DNA of 64,000 bases from Limnothrix sp. BL-A-16 (GTDB lineage: Bacteria; Cyanobacteriota; Cyanobacteriia; CACIAM-69d). Each line of letters starts with the position of its first letter. The stretch's first letter is position 1. Of the stretch, positions 48,953 to 59,118 are shown one piece after another. Position numbers and translations under genes: made by a program. The stretch lies in assembly GCA_041937175.2 (NCBI GenBank), contig CP166615.1:2048001-2112000 (forward strand). Direction: 5' to 3'. The notes below the pieces were generated by a model. The model saw nothing but the letters and a program-made list of their open reading frames with translations, searched no databases and was not told where the DNA came from.

Positions 48953-50392
48953 ATGATCGATGGACTTGTATCGGGTGTTTTGCCCGCTGAATGGTGGACA
49001 ACGATCGCCCGGCTAAGCAACTTAGCCGCCGCGGCCCTGTTCATTGTGGGGATCAAAATGTTGGGATCGCCCGCCACCGCTCGCCGGGGCAACTGGCTGG
49101 CGGCCGTGGGTATGGCCATGGCGATCGGGGTGACCCTGCTCGATCGCTCCGCCGTCAACTACGGCGCATTGTTGGCCACCCTGGTGGCGGGATCGGTGAT
49201 TGGTCTGATTGCCGCCAAGCGCGTTGCCATGACCGACATGCCCCAGATGGTGGGCCTGTTGAACGGGTTGGGCGGCGCGGCTTCGGCTCTGGTGGCAGCA
49301 GCAGAATATTGGCGGATTGTGAACACAGGCGCACCGGTTCCCACCGATACGGCCGTGACCGTGATTGCCGGGCTGTTAATTGGGGGCATCACCCTCACGG
49401 GTAGTTTCATGGCCTTTGCCAAGCTGCAAGGATTGGTGACCGGCGCACCCATCACTTTTCCCCTGCAACAACCGGTGAATTTCGGCTTGCTGGTGGGCTT
49501 TGTGGTCAGCGGTGCTTATTTGCTGATTCATCCGGGTGATTTGACGGTTTTGTGGCTGCTGACGGGCATTTCCCTGGTGCAGGGGGTGTTGGTGGTGTTG
49601 CCGATCGGGGGGGCGGATACTCCGGTGGTGATTTCGCTGCTGAACTCCCTGTCCGGTCTGGCGGCCAGTGCGGCGGGTTTTGTGTTGGGCAATGAAATGC
49701 TGGTGATTGCCGGGGCGCTGGTGGGCGCTTCGGGGCTGATCTTGACCCAAATCATGTGCAAGGCCATGAACCGATCGCTGACCAATGTGCTCTTTGGGGC
49801 CTTTGGCAGTGTCAGCACGGCTACGGGTGATGGCGGCAGCGGCGATGCGGGTTCCCACACGGTGCGCTCGATCGACCCGGAAGAATGCGCCATGATGCTG
49901 GGTTATGCCCGATCGGTGGCAATTGTGCCCGGCTATGGCATGGCAGTAGCCCAGGCCCAGCACGCCGTGCGGGAACTGGCCGATCAGCTAGAGCGGTTGG
50001 GGGTTGATGTGCGCTATGCCATTCACCCGGTGGCGGGCCGGATGCCGGGCCACATGAACGTGTTGTTGGCGGAAGCCAACGTGCCCTATACCCAACTGTG
50101 CGACCTGGACGACATTAACCCGGACTTTGAGCGGGTGGATGTGGCGCTGGTGATTGGGGCCAATGATGTGGTGAACCCGGATGCCCGGGACAATCCCCAA
50201 AGTCCAATCTACGGGATGCCGATTCTGGAGGTCGATCGCGCCAAACACACGATCGTGATCAAGCGCAGCATGAACCCCGGATTCGCCGGTTTGGATAATG
50301 CGCTGTTCTACGAAGACAAGACGATGATGCTGTTTGGCAGTGCAAAAGAAAAAGTGTCTGAGCTGGTGGCCAGCGTTAAGGAACTGAGCTAG
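48953..50392 (+). CDS. pntB: NAD(P) transhydrogenase beta subunit
   Basis: MTDMPQMV, IGGADTPVVISLLNS, HPVAGRMPGHMNVLLAEA and GANDVVNP. Confidence 0.96.
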   Translation: MIDGLVSGVLPAEWWTTIARLSNLAAAALFIVGIKMLGSPATARRGNWLAAVGMAMAIGVTLLDRSAVNYGALLATLVAGSVIGLIAAKRVAMTDMPQMVGLLNGLGGAASALVAAAEYWRIVNTGAPVPTDTAVTVIAGLLIGGITLTGSFMAFAKLQGLVTGAPITFPLQQPVNFGLLVGFVVSGAYLLIHPGDLTVLWLLTGISLVQGVLVVLPIGGADTPVVISLLNSLSGLAASAAGFVLGNEMLVIAGALVGASGLILTQIMCKAMNRSLTNVLFGAFGSVSTATGDGGSGDAGSHTVRSIDPEECAMMLGYARSVAIVPGYGMAVAQAQHAVRELADQLERLGVDVRYAIHPVAGRMPGHMNVLLAEANVPYTQLCDLDDINPDFERVDVALVIGANDVVNPDARDNPQSPIYGMPILEVDRAKHTIVIKRSMNPGFAGLDNALFYEDKTMMLFGSAKEKVSELVASVKELS

Positions 50393-50839
50393 GAATTAAT
50401 AGGAATTAAACAGACCACCATCCCCGATCGGGGTTGAAAAGCAGGTTTGGAGTGCGGGTTGATTGTGCGGGTTGGTTGTGCGGGCTTGCGATGTCAATTG
50501 CAACCTGTGCTCTGGCCTTCGCAATCATCCAGGACTTGAATCATTCAAGGCTTGCAACCCAAAAGTGCGGGGATGAGTCTTTTAATTCAATCAGTTAACT
50601 CAACCCGTGCATGGGCCAATCAACACATGGGGGCGATCGCCGTTCCCATCATGAGCCGAACTGATTTGGAGAGCTTGAGCGATCAATCACGATCCCGCAA
50701 CTTTCCCGATCGTTCGGCTTGACCTATGCAAAGGTTGAAATCGACTGAGGGTAGCTTTGCTCAGGCTCGCCAGTATCGTCTTGCGAGACGGGCTGTCGGT
50801 GTGGGCTGTGGGCTGCTGATTTCAAACAACCACGACACT

Positions 50840-51241
50840 ATGAAACGTAACTTTCCGACCCAGGCGCTGCAATCGTTGACCATCGTAGGAAGCTTTGTGG
50901 CCCTGGGCCTTGCGTCCGGTTTGAGCGCCCAAGCCGCAGAGCCGATCGAGACCGATCGCCAGTCGATCGGGAGCCTGACCCAGCGCAATGCTTACCCGCC
51001 AGAATTTTCGCGCGCCTTTTTGCAAAGCTGTACCCGATCGGCCCAACAGTCGGGCCAGTTTAACCAACAGCAGGCTACGCAATATTGCCAATGCTCCTTG
51101 GCGGAATTCCAGTCGCGCTATACCTTGCAGCAAACCATGAACCTCTACCAACGGATGCAGCAATCGAACAGCAATGAGCTGCCGCCGGAAATGATGCAAA
51201 TTGCGCGTACCTGTGTGCAACGGGTGTTTGGCACTCGCTAA
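50840..51241 (+). CDS. Hypothetical secreted Gln-rich protein with four Cys
   Basis: Signal peptide ending AQA; YP..F...F..SC, YCQC and terminal C. Confidence 0.65.
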   Translation: MKRNFPTQALQSLTIVGSFVALGLASGLSAQAAEPIETDRQSIGSLTQRNAYPPEFSRAFLQSCTRSAQQSGQFNQQQATQYCQCSLAEFQSRYTLQQTMNLYQRMQQSNSNELPPEMMQIARTCVQRVFGTR

Positions 51242-51306
51242 TCAAGTTGAGCTAATCAGACTGAGCTAATCAGACTGAGCTAATCAGGTTGAGCTAATCA
51301 AGTTGA
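51237..51306. repeat. Five tandem copies of a 14-bp unit GCTAATCA(A/G)(G/A)(T/C)TGA
   Basis: Read directly; lies between convergent gene ends. Confidence 0.85.
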
Positions 51307-51329
51307 TCCCGTGAGTAACAACTCGCTCT

Positions 51330-53293
51330 TCAACTTCCTCCCTCGTTGGCCGGGGCCCCAAGCGTGAACCGATCGAACGGTTGAGCGGGTTGCTCCGGCT
51401 TTCTGATGTCAAAGGCATAGCTGGTGACCGTTCCGGCGGCCGTGTCCAAAATGCTGAAGGCGGTGATTTCGTTGCTGGCCAAGTAGGGCTGGGGGGTTTG
51501 ATCCAGGGGATCAATCAAAGGCGCGATCGAGGGCACAATCGGGGGCAATCCATTGGGATCCCCGATTGCCACGTAGTCCGATCGCTCAAATCCGCTGCCC
51601 TCCGCTGGAATGCCCGATCGCCCCCGATCGCCCCAGGCTGCCCCATAGCTATTGCCCACGTTAGAAGTTTCCAAGTAATGGGTGCGGCCACGGTGGAATC
51701 GATTCCACAGGTGCGAGTGGCCATACAACACCAAGTCCACCCCCGCCGATTCCAGCAGGGGGGACAAGTATTGGGCAATGACATCTCGATCGCGCGGATA
51801 GGCATATTTCACCGCCGTCACCTGGCCCAGGTCATCCCGCTCGATCGTCTGGATTGGATCCGTAAACGGCGGCACGCTGTTATCCCCCAAGGTATGGGGC
51901 GGGTGGTGAAACATAACCACGCGATACTTGGCTTGGCGAAACGGCTCGCCGGCCAATTCCGCCTGGAGCCATTGAAATTGCGGACTCCCCGGGGCGATCG
52001 ACTCAAAAATATGCTGACCCCAACCCCAATCGATCGGACTGTGGGGCTGGCCTTCGTGGAAGCGGCCGCCAAACTTTGCTGTCAAAATGGGCGATCGCCA
52101 AGCTTGGGTCACGTTCAACACCACCAATCGCAGATCCCCAAAGCTGACGGCGTAATAATTGCCCTCGCTCCGATCGTTGGTTGGCAGCGTCCAAATTTCT
52201 TCGTAGGTGCGCGTGTTGAAGGATTGATCCACCAAGGCGGCCTGGCTGATTGCTTCCCCCGGTGTTTCCCCCAGCGTTTCCCTTGGAACCTCGCCGGAAG
52301 CCGGATCTAAATCGCTCGCCCACCGTTGCGCGACCCAGCGCGGCACCGTGTCATAAAATTCCCGGTTGAGATCTCGGCCCGCCCCACCCGCCCCATCACC
52401 TCATGGTTGCCTAGGGCCGGGAACAGGGGAGCCTCCTGCAAAATGGCCCCGCCTTGGTAGGTATGACCTTGGAGCGATCGATTGGCTCGTCCTTGCAAAC
52501 AGGGAAAAAACGCCCCACCGCCCGCATCGTCAAACCATTCCGAAGCGCGATCGGGCACATTCACCAAATCCCCCGCAAACAACACCCCATCCACCCGACC
52601 CACCGTGGCCAACACCTGTTGCAAATTGGCCGCCACCATCGGTTTCAATTGGTGATCCGAAGTCAACAGCAGTTGCAGCGGTTGGCCCGGCTGCGGTTGG
52701 GGCGACAGGCGAAACACCCCGCTACTAACGGTGTGATCGCCCCCTTGACTCGTCACCCGATAGGGAACCGACTGACCCGGCAGCAACCCTGAAACGATCG
52801 CCTCATGTCGCCAAATGGGCCGCTCCCAAACCTTCACCCCCTCCGGTTGCTGGGCTGCCACTCGCTCCGGTAGTCGCGATTGGCCGTCTTCGCGGGTGCG
52901 GGTCAGGCGGCGGGTTTGGGCCAAGGCTTGCCGATCGAGCCGATCGCCCCAATCCACCCAATGGCGATCGCCCGGCCATTCCGTGAACCAAACCACATGC
53001 ACCGAGTCCGGCCCCGGCAACTGCAAAAACGGATCCGTCAAAAGCTCCATAGCATCCCCCTCGGATAACTGGGCCGACCACTGGGAAAGCGGGTGCAGGG
53101 CTGCGGATCCCGCAGCGGGCGGCATTTCCAGCGCCAACATCCCCCCGATCGCCAGCAACACCAACAGCAGCAGCCCCCAAACGCCGCCACCTCGCGCCAT
53201 TTTCGGGAGTTGCCGGATCCGTTGCCACCGGCCAAGCTCCCGAGCGCGATCGCTCAACCACCGTCCCCTTGGTCGCCCCATCGCCCTAGGCAA
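51330..53293 (-). pseudogene. Purple-acid-phosphatase-like metallophosphoesterase split by a single-base frameshift near 52382 (real or sequencing error)
   Basis: TSDHQ, AGDLV and GNHE motifs in ORF 52307-53293; FHHP and YGHSH motifs in ORF 51330-52346; one extra G in a G4 run restores one frame. Confidence 0.75.
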
Positions 53294-53753
53294 ACAAATC
53301 TAAGGGTAAATGGCCATACATCGCATTGAGTTCCTCATCTACCTGGGACTGACAGGACACCAAAACCCCTCGATTTTCACCCTGGTAGGGTTCCGCATAA
53401 AACAACAGGGAGTTGGTGTTGCACTTGATATAAATCGGCTGTTCCGGATTGGCCACCCCCCGCTGTTCCGGCTCCGGCGGCACTTCGCGACCTAAACCGA
53501 CCCCATAGGCCCGCACGGCCGCCAACCCTTGGGCGATCGAATCCGCACAAACCCCAAAAATCACGCAGTCCGCCTCATGAACCACCGTCCGCAGGGCCGA
53601 TCGAATAATCGCCTGCTGGCTCTCCAAGAGGGTAGGCGCTTCTTCCAAACAGTTAAACACCGCCAAAACCTTTTGGGCTTCCAGCAACGACAGGGGAGCC
53701 GTTCCCGCCCCATTAGCCCCTAACGCATCCGATCGACGAGTTGAGTTGTCCAT
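53286..53753 (-). CDS. DUF1824-family protein
   Basis: IFGVCADS..QG, PIYIKCN, Y.G..RGVLVSCQ and YGHLPLDLF. Confidence 0.8.
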   Translation of the reverse strand: MDNSTRRSDALGANGAGTAPLSLLEAQKVLAVFNCLEEAPTLLESQQAIIRSALRTVVHEADCVIFGVCADSIAQGLAAVRAYGVGLGREVPPEPEQRGVANPEQPIYIKCNTNSLLFYAEPYQGENRGVLVSCQSQVDEELNAMYGHLPLDLFA

Positions 53754-54440
53754 AGCAATCCAGAGTTTCCCTTGTCCACAAACTTCACCGCAAACTTCAC
53801 CGCAAGCAATCAAGACTGCAAGCAATCCGGGATTCGATCCGCTTAAAGTTGCCCAAAAATGACCCAACCTGTAAACGAAGCCGCCCGATCGCTCTCTGAT
53901 GGTTGCTCCCCCCCATCTGTCGCAATCCATTCCGGGATCCCAAATCGTAGCGTAGGGCCGGAAACCAACTAGAGCCAATCTTGATCAAAATTCTGGCCAA
54001 TTCTCATCCCCATTTCCATCTTGCCCCACCCAGCTAGCAACAACCCGATGGAGAATTTCACCGAAACCTCCACTGAGAAATAGAGCATTAGCGTGATTTT
54101 TCAATTCTGATTCCGGAAATGTGACGGTTAAAAATCCGGCAACAATCAATGGGTTTTCCTGGCACAAGTAACAAGAGATACATATCCCTTGAATATCCCC
54201 TGAAGCACCAAAGAATCTCTAAAATACGAAAAATTCAAGTTAAAACAGCATTTTTCCGCATCAGCAATCAAAAGCGCCTGATTACTCGATGAATCAAATC
54301 ATACCAAGCACAATCGTGGTCAGTGGCTATCAAGGGTGATGCACAGCGCGATCGAACAGAGCAGTTCGGCAGGACAATTCGACAGGGCAAAAAAATTTTT
54401 TAGAAAAGCTGGAACTTTTTCCCCTTTCAAGGCAACAATA

Positions 54441-54518
54441 TAGGCAAGAGTAGTGGAGAGATGTGTCACCGCTGCGGAGACCTGGCAGATTCGTCTGCCG
54501 GATCTCTGCATTTTTTTT
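54441..54518 (+). ncRNA. Candidate small RNA ending in a strong intrinsic terminator (5' end approximate)
   Basis: 17-nt arms 54473-54489 and 54494-54510, TTCG loop, T8 tail; no plus-strand CDS upstream. Confidence 0.45.
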
Positions 54519-54566
54519 GGGAATTTTTTGAGCCGCTACCCGCTCCCACTGTCGTTACGAAGTGAC

Positions 54567-54914
54567 CCAAAAGAAAAGGGTACAAGCCCCGTCCTTCTAG
54601 GGCGGCTTTGGTTGCTAGAATGAGAATGGTTGAAATCCCCACCTCATCTTGCAGCGATATACCAGCCGTTGGGCTGTGAAACCGGGACTCGGACAGCGAG
54701 AGGGAAAGAATCTGAGGGCAACGGAGAAGCCGACCCGAAGACACCCAATTTAGTCGCGGGCGGGCAGTCCGAGACTCAAAACGGACGTGGAGGGAGCGTC
54801 AGACTGGCTTGCCAGCAGCACCCTATGAAGCGTCAACCCGTGGTCTAGTCGAGCAACTTCGGTTGTTTGCCTAGGGCCGGAATCCCCGCTCCTTTAGGAC
54901 GGGGAGGATGTCAA
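54567..54914 (+). mobile_element. Non-autonomous IS200/IS605-family miniature element retaining an omega-RNA-like right end
   Basis: Related subterminal hairpins at 54584-54608 and 54883-54905; ends in GGATGTCAA; encodes a TnpB-tail-like peptide VAGGQSETQNGRGG; no tnpA or RuvC domain. Confidence 0.8.
54613..54621 (+). promoter_or_regulatory. Extended -10 promoter TGcTAGAAT inside the element left end
   Basis: TGn plus 5/6 match to TATAAT, 7 nt before the start of the self-complementary segment at 54629. Confidence 0.5.
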
Positions 54915-54932
54915 CGCATGAGGGTTTCAGCC

Positions 54933-55355
54933 ATGGAAAGTCGTCCGCCCCTGCCGCCGTTTACCCACGAAACCGCGATCGCCAAAGTGCAAGCCGCCGA
55001 AGATGCTTGGAACACCCGCGACCCGGAGCGCGTATCGCTGGCTTACACGGAAGATTCGGTTTGGCGCAATCGATCGGAATTTTTTTCAGGGCGGGACAAA
55101 ATTCGTGAGTTCCTGACCCGCAAGTGGAATCATGAGCTGGACTATCGGCTCAAGAAAGAACTCTGGAGCTTCACCGATCACCGCATCTCCGTGAAGTTCG
55201 AGTATGAGTACCACACGGATTCGGGGCAGTGGTATCGCGCCTATGGCAACGAGCAATGGGAATTCGCGCCCAATGGCCTAATGCAGCGCCGGGAAGCCAG
55301 CATTAATGATGTGCCGATCGCCGAGGTCGATCGCAAGTTCCGCTGGGAACGGTAG
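54933..55355 (+). CDS. DUF1348 / NTF2-like (SnoaL-like) protein
   Basis: RPPLPPFT...[24 protein letters not shown]...YGNEQWEF...REASIND. Confidence 0.9.
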   Translation: MESRPPLPPFTHETAIAKVQAAEDAWNTRDPERVSLAYTEDSVWRNRSEFFSGRDKIREFLTRKWNHELDYRLKKELWSFTDHRISVKFEYEYHTDSGQWYRAYGNEQWEFAPNGLMQRREASINDVPIAEVDRKFRWER

Positions 55356-55371
55356 CCCGAGCACCGGAACC

Positions 55372-55563
55372 ATGAAACTGCACGCCGACCTCCACCCGCA
55401 CATTGTGATTGACATCAAACTTACCTGGATGGATTCGCCCATGCCGGGAATGCAACGACGGAGGCTCGATCGCGATGGGAAAGAAGCGGCCCGGGGCACC
55501 TCGATCATCCGTTACGGCCCCGACAGCCGCCTTGCCAGCCACACCCACGGCGGCTCGGCATGA
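55372..55563 (+). pseudogene. Truncated ChrR-like cupin gene (63 codons)
   Basis: W.DSPMPG.QRRRLDRDG.E.AR.TSIIRY.P.S....HTHGG, then a stop within the first cupin motif. Confidence 0.75.
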
Positions 55564-55639
55564 TTGATCGATGGGCGATTCACCTCGATCGAGGGCGCAC
55601 ATTGGTGCGCCCGTACAAGCGATGACCCGGGTTTAGGGA

Positions 55640-56875
55640 TTAGGCCTTGAAGGTTTCGACGATCCGGCGGGTGGCTTCTTCCACGTTGGCCCGGCTGTTG
55701 AAAGCCGAAATGCGGAAATAGCCTTCGCCCGCTGCGCCGAAGCCCGAACCCGGCGTGCCCACCACATTGCAGGTGTGCAGCAACTTATCAAAGAAATCCC
55801 AGCTCGACAGGCCGTGCGGCGTTTTCACCCACACATAGGGCGCGTTGATGCCGCCGTAGACCGCCAAACCCGCTTCGGTCAGCTTCTCGCGGATGATTTG
55901 GGCGTTTTCGAGATAGAAGCTCACCAGGGCCTTGGTTTGGGCTTGACCCTCCGGCGAGTAGACCGCCTCGGCCCCGCGCTGGACGATGTAGGACACGCCG
56001 TTAAACTTGGTAGATTGGCGACGGTTCCAGAGGCTCCACAGATCCACGCCCGTGCCGTCGGTGGTTTGGCCCTTCAGAGTTTTGGGCACGACGGTCAAGG
56101 CGCAACGGGTTCCGGTGAAGCCCGCATTTTTGGAGAAGGAACGGAACTCGATCGCGCAGTCGCGGGCCCCTTCAATTTCAAAAATCGAGTGGGGGATTGC
56201 CGGATCGGTGATGAAGGCTTCGTAGGCGGCATCGAAGAAGATGATCGAGCCGTGGCTGCGGGCGTAATCGACCCAGGCTTGCAGGTGCTCGCGGGTGGCG
56301 ACGGATCCGGTGGGGTTGTTGGGGAAGCAGAGATAGATCAGATCGACTTTTTCGCTGGGGATTTGGGCGGTGAAGTCGTTTTCAGCGGAAATCGGCAGGT
56401 AAACCAAGCCGCCGTATTCACCCCGATCGTTCGCGTCGCCCGTGTGGCCGGCCATCACGTTGGTGTCCACATAAACTGGGTAGACCGGATCGGTGACGGC
56501 GATCGTGTTGTCGTTGCCGAAGATGTCCAGAATGTTGCCGCAGTCGCATTTGGAACCATCGGAGATGAAAATTTCCGAGGCATCAATATCACAGCCGCGT
56601 GCTTGGAAATCGTGCTGGGCGATCGCCTCGCGCAGCCAAGCGTAGCCCTGTTCGGGGCCGTAGCCCTTGAAGCTGCCCCGATCGCCCATGTCGTTGACCG
56701 CATTGATCATGGCGGTGCGGCAGGCTTCCGGCAGCGGCTCGGTCACGTCACCGATGCCCAGGCGGATAATCGGCGCATCGGGATGTTCGGCGGCGAAGGC
56801 ATTCACCCGGCGGGCGATTTCGGGAAACAGATAACCGGCTTTGAGCTTTAGGTAGTTGTCGTTAATTCTGGCCAT
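55640..56875 (-). CDS. dapL: LL-diaminopimelate aminotransferase
   Basis: [33 protein letters not shown] and [12 protein letters not shown]. Confidence 0.97.
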   Translation of the reverse strand: MARINDNYLKLKAGYLFPEIARRVNAFAAEHPDAPIIRLGIGDVTEPLPEACRTAMINAVNDMGDRGSFKGYGPEQGYAWLREAIAQHDFQARGCDIDASEIFISDGSKCDCGNILDIFGNDNTIAVTDPVYPVYVDTNVMAGHTGDANDRGEYGGLVYLPISAENDFTAQIPSEKVDLIYLCFPNNPTGSVATREHLQAWVDYARSHGSIIFFDAAYEAFITDPAIPHSIFEIEGARDCAIEFRSFSKNAGFTGTRCALTVVPKTLKGQTTDGTGVDLWSLWNRRQSTKFNGVSYIVQRGAEAVYSPEGQAQTKALVSFYLENAQIIREKLTEAGLAVYGGINAPYVWVKTPHGLSSWDFFDKLLHTCNVVGTPGSGFGAAGEGYFRISAFNSRANVEEATRRIVETFKA

Positions 56876-56940
56876 GGTTGCCCCTGGGGGTTGCGATCGG
56901 GAATGTTCACCACTCACTCACCCGGTTCACTGACCCAACC

Positions 56941-57025
56941 AACCCAGACAAGGGGCTTAAGCCCCTTGCCCCGCCGCGATCAACCAGCCAGACAAGGGGC
57001 TTGAGCACCTTGCCCCGCCGCGATC
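56941..57025. repeat. Two tandem 44-bp units, each with a CAAGGGGCTT-family palindrome
   Basis: Palindromes at 56949-56968 and 56993-57012, each followed by CCCCGCCGCGATC. Confidence 0.85.
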
Positions 57026-57194
57026 GCGCGTCACAGGTTTGATGGGGTGAACGTTTCCCGAGTTGGAGTGTCTAACCAGCCTACGGCCCTGGCGGGATCT
57101 TCTGGCGATTCGGGGGGAAAATTCCGCCGAACTCCCGCCCCATAAGCAAAGCGCTACAATGCCAAGGGTTTTGATCAACAGGCGCGGGCGATCG

Positions 57195-58043
57195 ATGGCG
57201 GGACAAGCGGCACAGTGGCGTGAGTTGGATGGCGCTTGGGTTCTGATTCCAGCGAATCCATTGGGAGTTATTCATTTCTTGGGCGGGGCCTTCGTGGGGG
57301 CCGCGCCGCAGTTCACCTACCGTTGGCTGCTGGAGCGGCTGGCCAATCGCGGCTATGGGACGATCGCCACGCCCTTTGTGAATTCTGGGTTTGACCATGA
57401 GGCGATCGCGGAAGATGCGCTGATTCGGTTCGATCGGGCGATCGATTGGCTCTACCGCCACGGCCAATTGCGGCGGCGATCGATCCCGGTCTATGGCTTG
57501 GGCCACAGCATGGGTTGCAAGCTGCATCTATTGATCGGCAGCATCTTTGAGGTGGAGCGGGCGGGCAATGCGCTGATGGCGTTCAATAACTATTCGGCGC
57601 AACGGGCGATTCCGCTGTTCGATCGCTTCGGCCCCGTGCTGGAGTCGATTAACCGCGCTGTGCCTGGGGCTGTTCCGGCCGATGTGTTTGATAAGCGGTT
57701 GAATGCGGAATTCACCCCCTCACCCACGGAAACGGAGCAACTGATCGCCGCCCAATACGGGATTCGCCGCAATTTGCTCATTCGTTTTGCCACCGACGAT
57801 CTGGATCAATCGGCGCGTTTGGCTCCGATTTTGCAGCGGCGCTTTCCCGGCTGGCTGGCGATCCAAGATTTACCGGGAAATCACCTCACGCCGCTGGGCC
57901 AGGATATTCAGTGGCAAACTCGCGGGGCTTTTAGTCCGTTGGATGCGATCGGGCAGTGGGCCAAGCAGGAATTTTTGTTCCGCGATCTGAACCGTTTAAG
58001 CCAGGAATTGCTACGTTGGCTGAATCCGTTTGAATCGGCCTGA
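57195..58043 (+). CDS. DUF1350-family alpha/beta hydrolase
   Basis: HFLGGAFVG, GHSMGCKLH, F..DDLDQS and GNHLTP. Confidence 0.85.
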   Translation: MAGQAAQWRELDGAWVLIPANPLGVIHFLGGAFVGAAPQFTYRWLLERLANRGYGTIATPFVNSGFDHEAIAEDALIRFDRAIDWLYRHGQLRRRSIPVYGLGHSMGCKLHLLIGSIFEVERAGNALMAFNNYSAQRAIPLFDRFGPVLESINRAVPGAVPADVFDKRLNAEFTPSPTETEQLIAAQYGIRRNLLIRFATDDLDQSARLAPILQRRFPGWLAIQDLPGNHLTPLGQDIQWQTRGAFSPLDAIGQWAKQEFLFRDLNRLSQELLRWLNPFESA

Positions 58044-58449
58044 GTCGGATTGAATCGGTTTAGGATGGGCAGCCGGTTATCCCCGGCCTTGGCATGGGGA
58101 CGGGCTGAGGATGGGCAGCCAGCGATCAATGATCTCCGGCTCAGGCGGCTAGCCGGTTGAAAGCTGAAATATTGCAAGTTGAAATATCTGAAAGCTGAAA
58201 TGTTGGAAGCTGCAATGTTGCAAGTTCCAATGAAAAGGATGGCGCTTTGCGTTGGGTGGTTCAGCGGCTTTCGAGGGTGCTTTCGCGCAGTCTGATAGGA
58301 TATGGGTGAAAGCCGCTCCTGAGCTTGTGGCTAGCCCATTGGCTCGGGCCAGCGCAAGGGAAGAGCGAAAGGGACAGGGCCCTTGTTTGGAGCAATTGGC
58401 GGCCCATCGGGGCCCAAGTAAAGGACTCAAGCAAAAGTACGAGAAGTTA

Positions 58450-59118
58450 ATGAGCGATCGGGAGCGGTTGCTGAAACGTTGGATGGTGACGGCCAAGGTG
58501 CGCAGTTGGCGGGCCTTGGCAGATGCCGCACAGGTTTCTATGTATCAGGTGCGATTGTTGCGGCAAGGCAATCTAGATCGCTTGCGCCTCGATGCGATCG
58601 GGCGGATTGCCAAGGCCTTAAACGTCACCCCGATCGATCTGTTGGGCATGGCCAACAATGCCGACAACACCAAGCCCGCCTCCGACCAATCCCCGGCCCA
58701 GCGGTTGGCTCCTGATGTTCATGCGGCCGAGTTGGTGCAGCTTCAGCAGGAATATCACCGGCTGAAAACCCGCCTGGAAAGCGAACGAGAGCAACTGTTG
58801 GCAGAATTCCAGCGATCGAGCTTGCAAATCCTGGAGCCTTGGCTGCTGAATTGGTATAAGGCCGTTGCCGCCGCCCAGCACAATCCCCACATTCCCGCCA
58901 CCAATCTTTTGCCCCTGTTGCGGCCGCTGGATCAGTTGCTGGAGCATTGGGCCGTTGAACAAATCGCCCCGATCGGGGAAGAGGTGGTCTATGACCCCCA
59001 ATGGCATCAATTGGCCTGGGGTCATGCGCAACCGGGCGATCGCGTCAAAGTAACTATGCCCGGTTTTCGTCATCAGGGCCGATTGCTGCATCGGGCCCAG
59101 GTCAGCATCGTGCAGTGA
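58450..59118 (+). CDS. Cro/C1-type HTH fused to a GrpE-like C-terminal domain
   Basis: N-terminal RALADAAQVS...IAKALNVTPIDL; coiled coil; GEEVVYDPQWHQ...PGFRHQGRLLHRAQV. Confidence 0.75.
   Translation: MSDRERLLKRWMVTAKVRSWRALADAAQVSMYQVRLLRQGNLDRLRLDAIGRIAKALNVTPIDLLGMANNADNTKPASDQSPAQRLAPDVHAAELVQLQQEYHRLKTRLESEREQLLAEFQRSSLQILEPWLLNWYKAVAAAQHNPHIPATNLLPLLRPLDQLLEHWAVEQIAPIGEEVVYDPQWHQLAWGHAQPGDRVKVTMPGFRHQGRLLHRAQVSIVQ

Noticed and set aside
51237..51306. 14-bp tandem repeat as iterons or CRISPR
   Set aside because: No spacers and no rep gene; similar short tandem duplications occur at many gene ends here (7210-7243, 9780-9820)
54630..54848. 72-aa ORF as a functional TnpB or small protein
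   Set aside because: TTG start, no RuvC or zinc-finger motifs; only the tail matches TnpB, and the region is better explained as RNA
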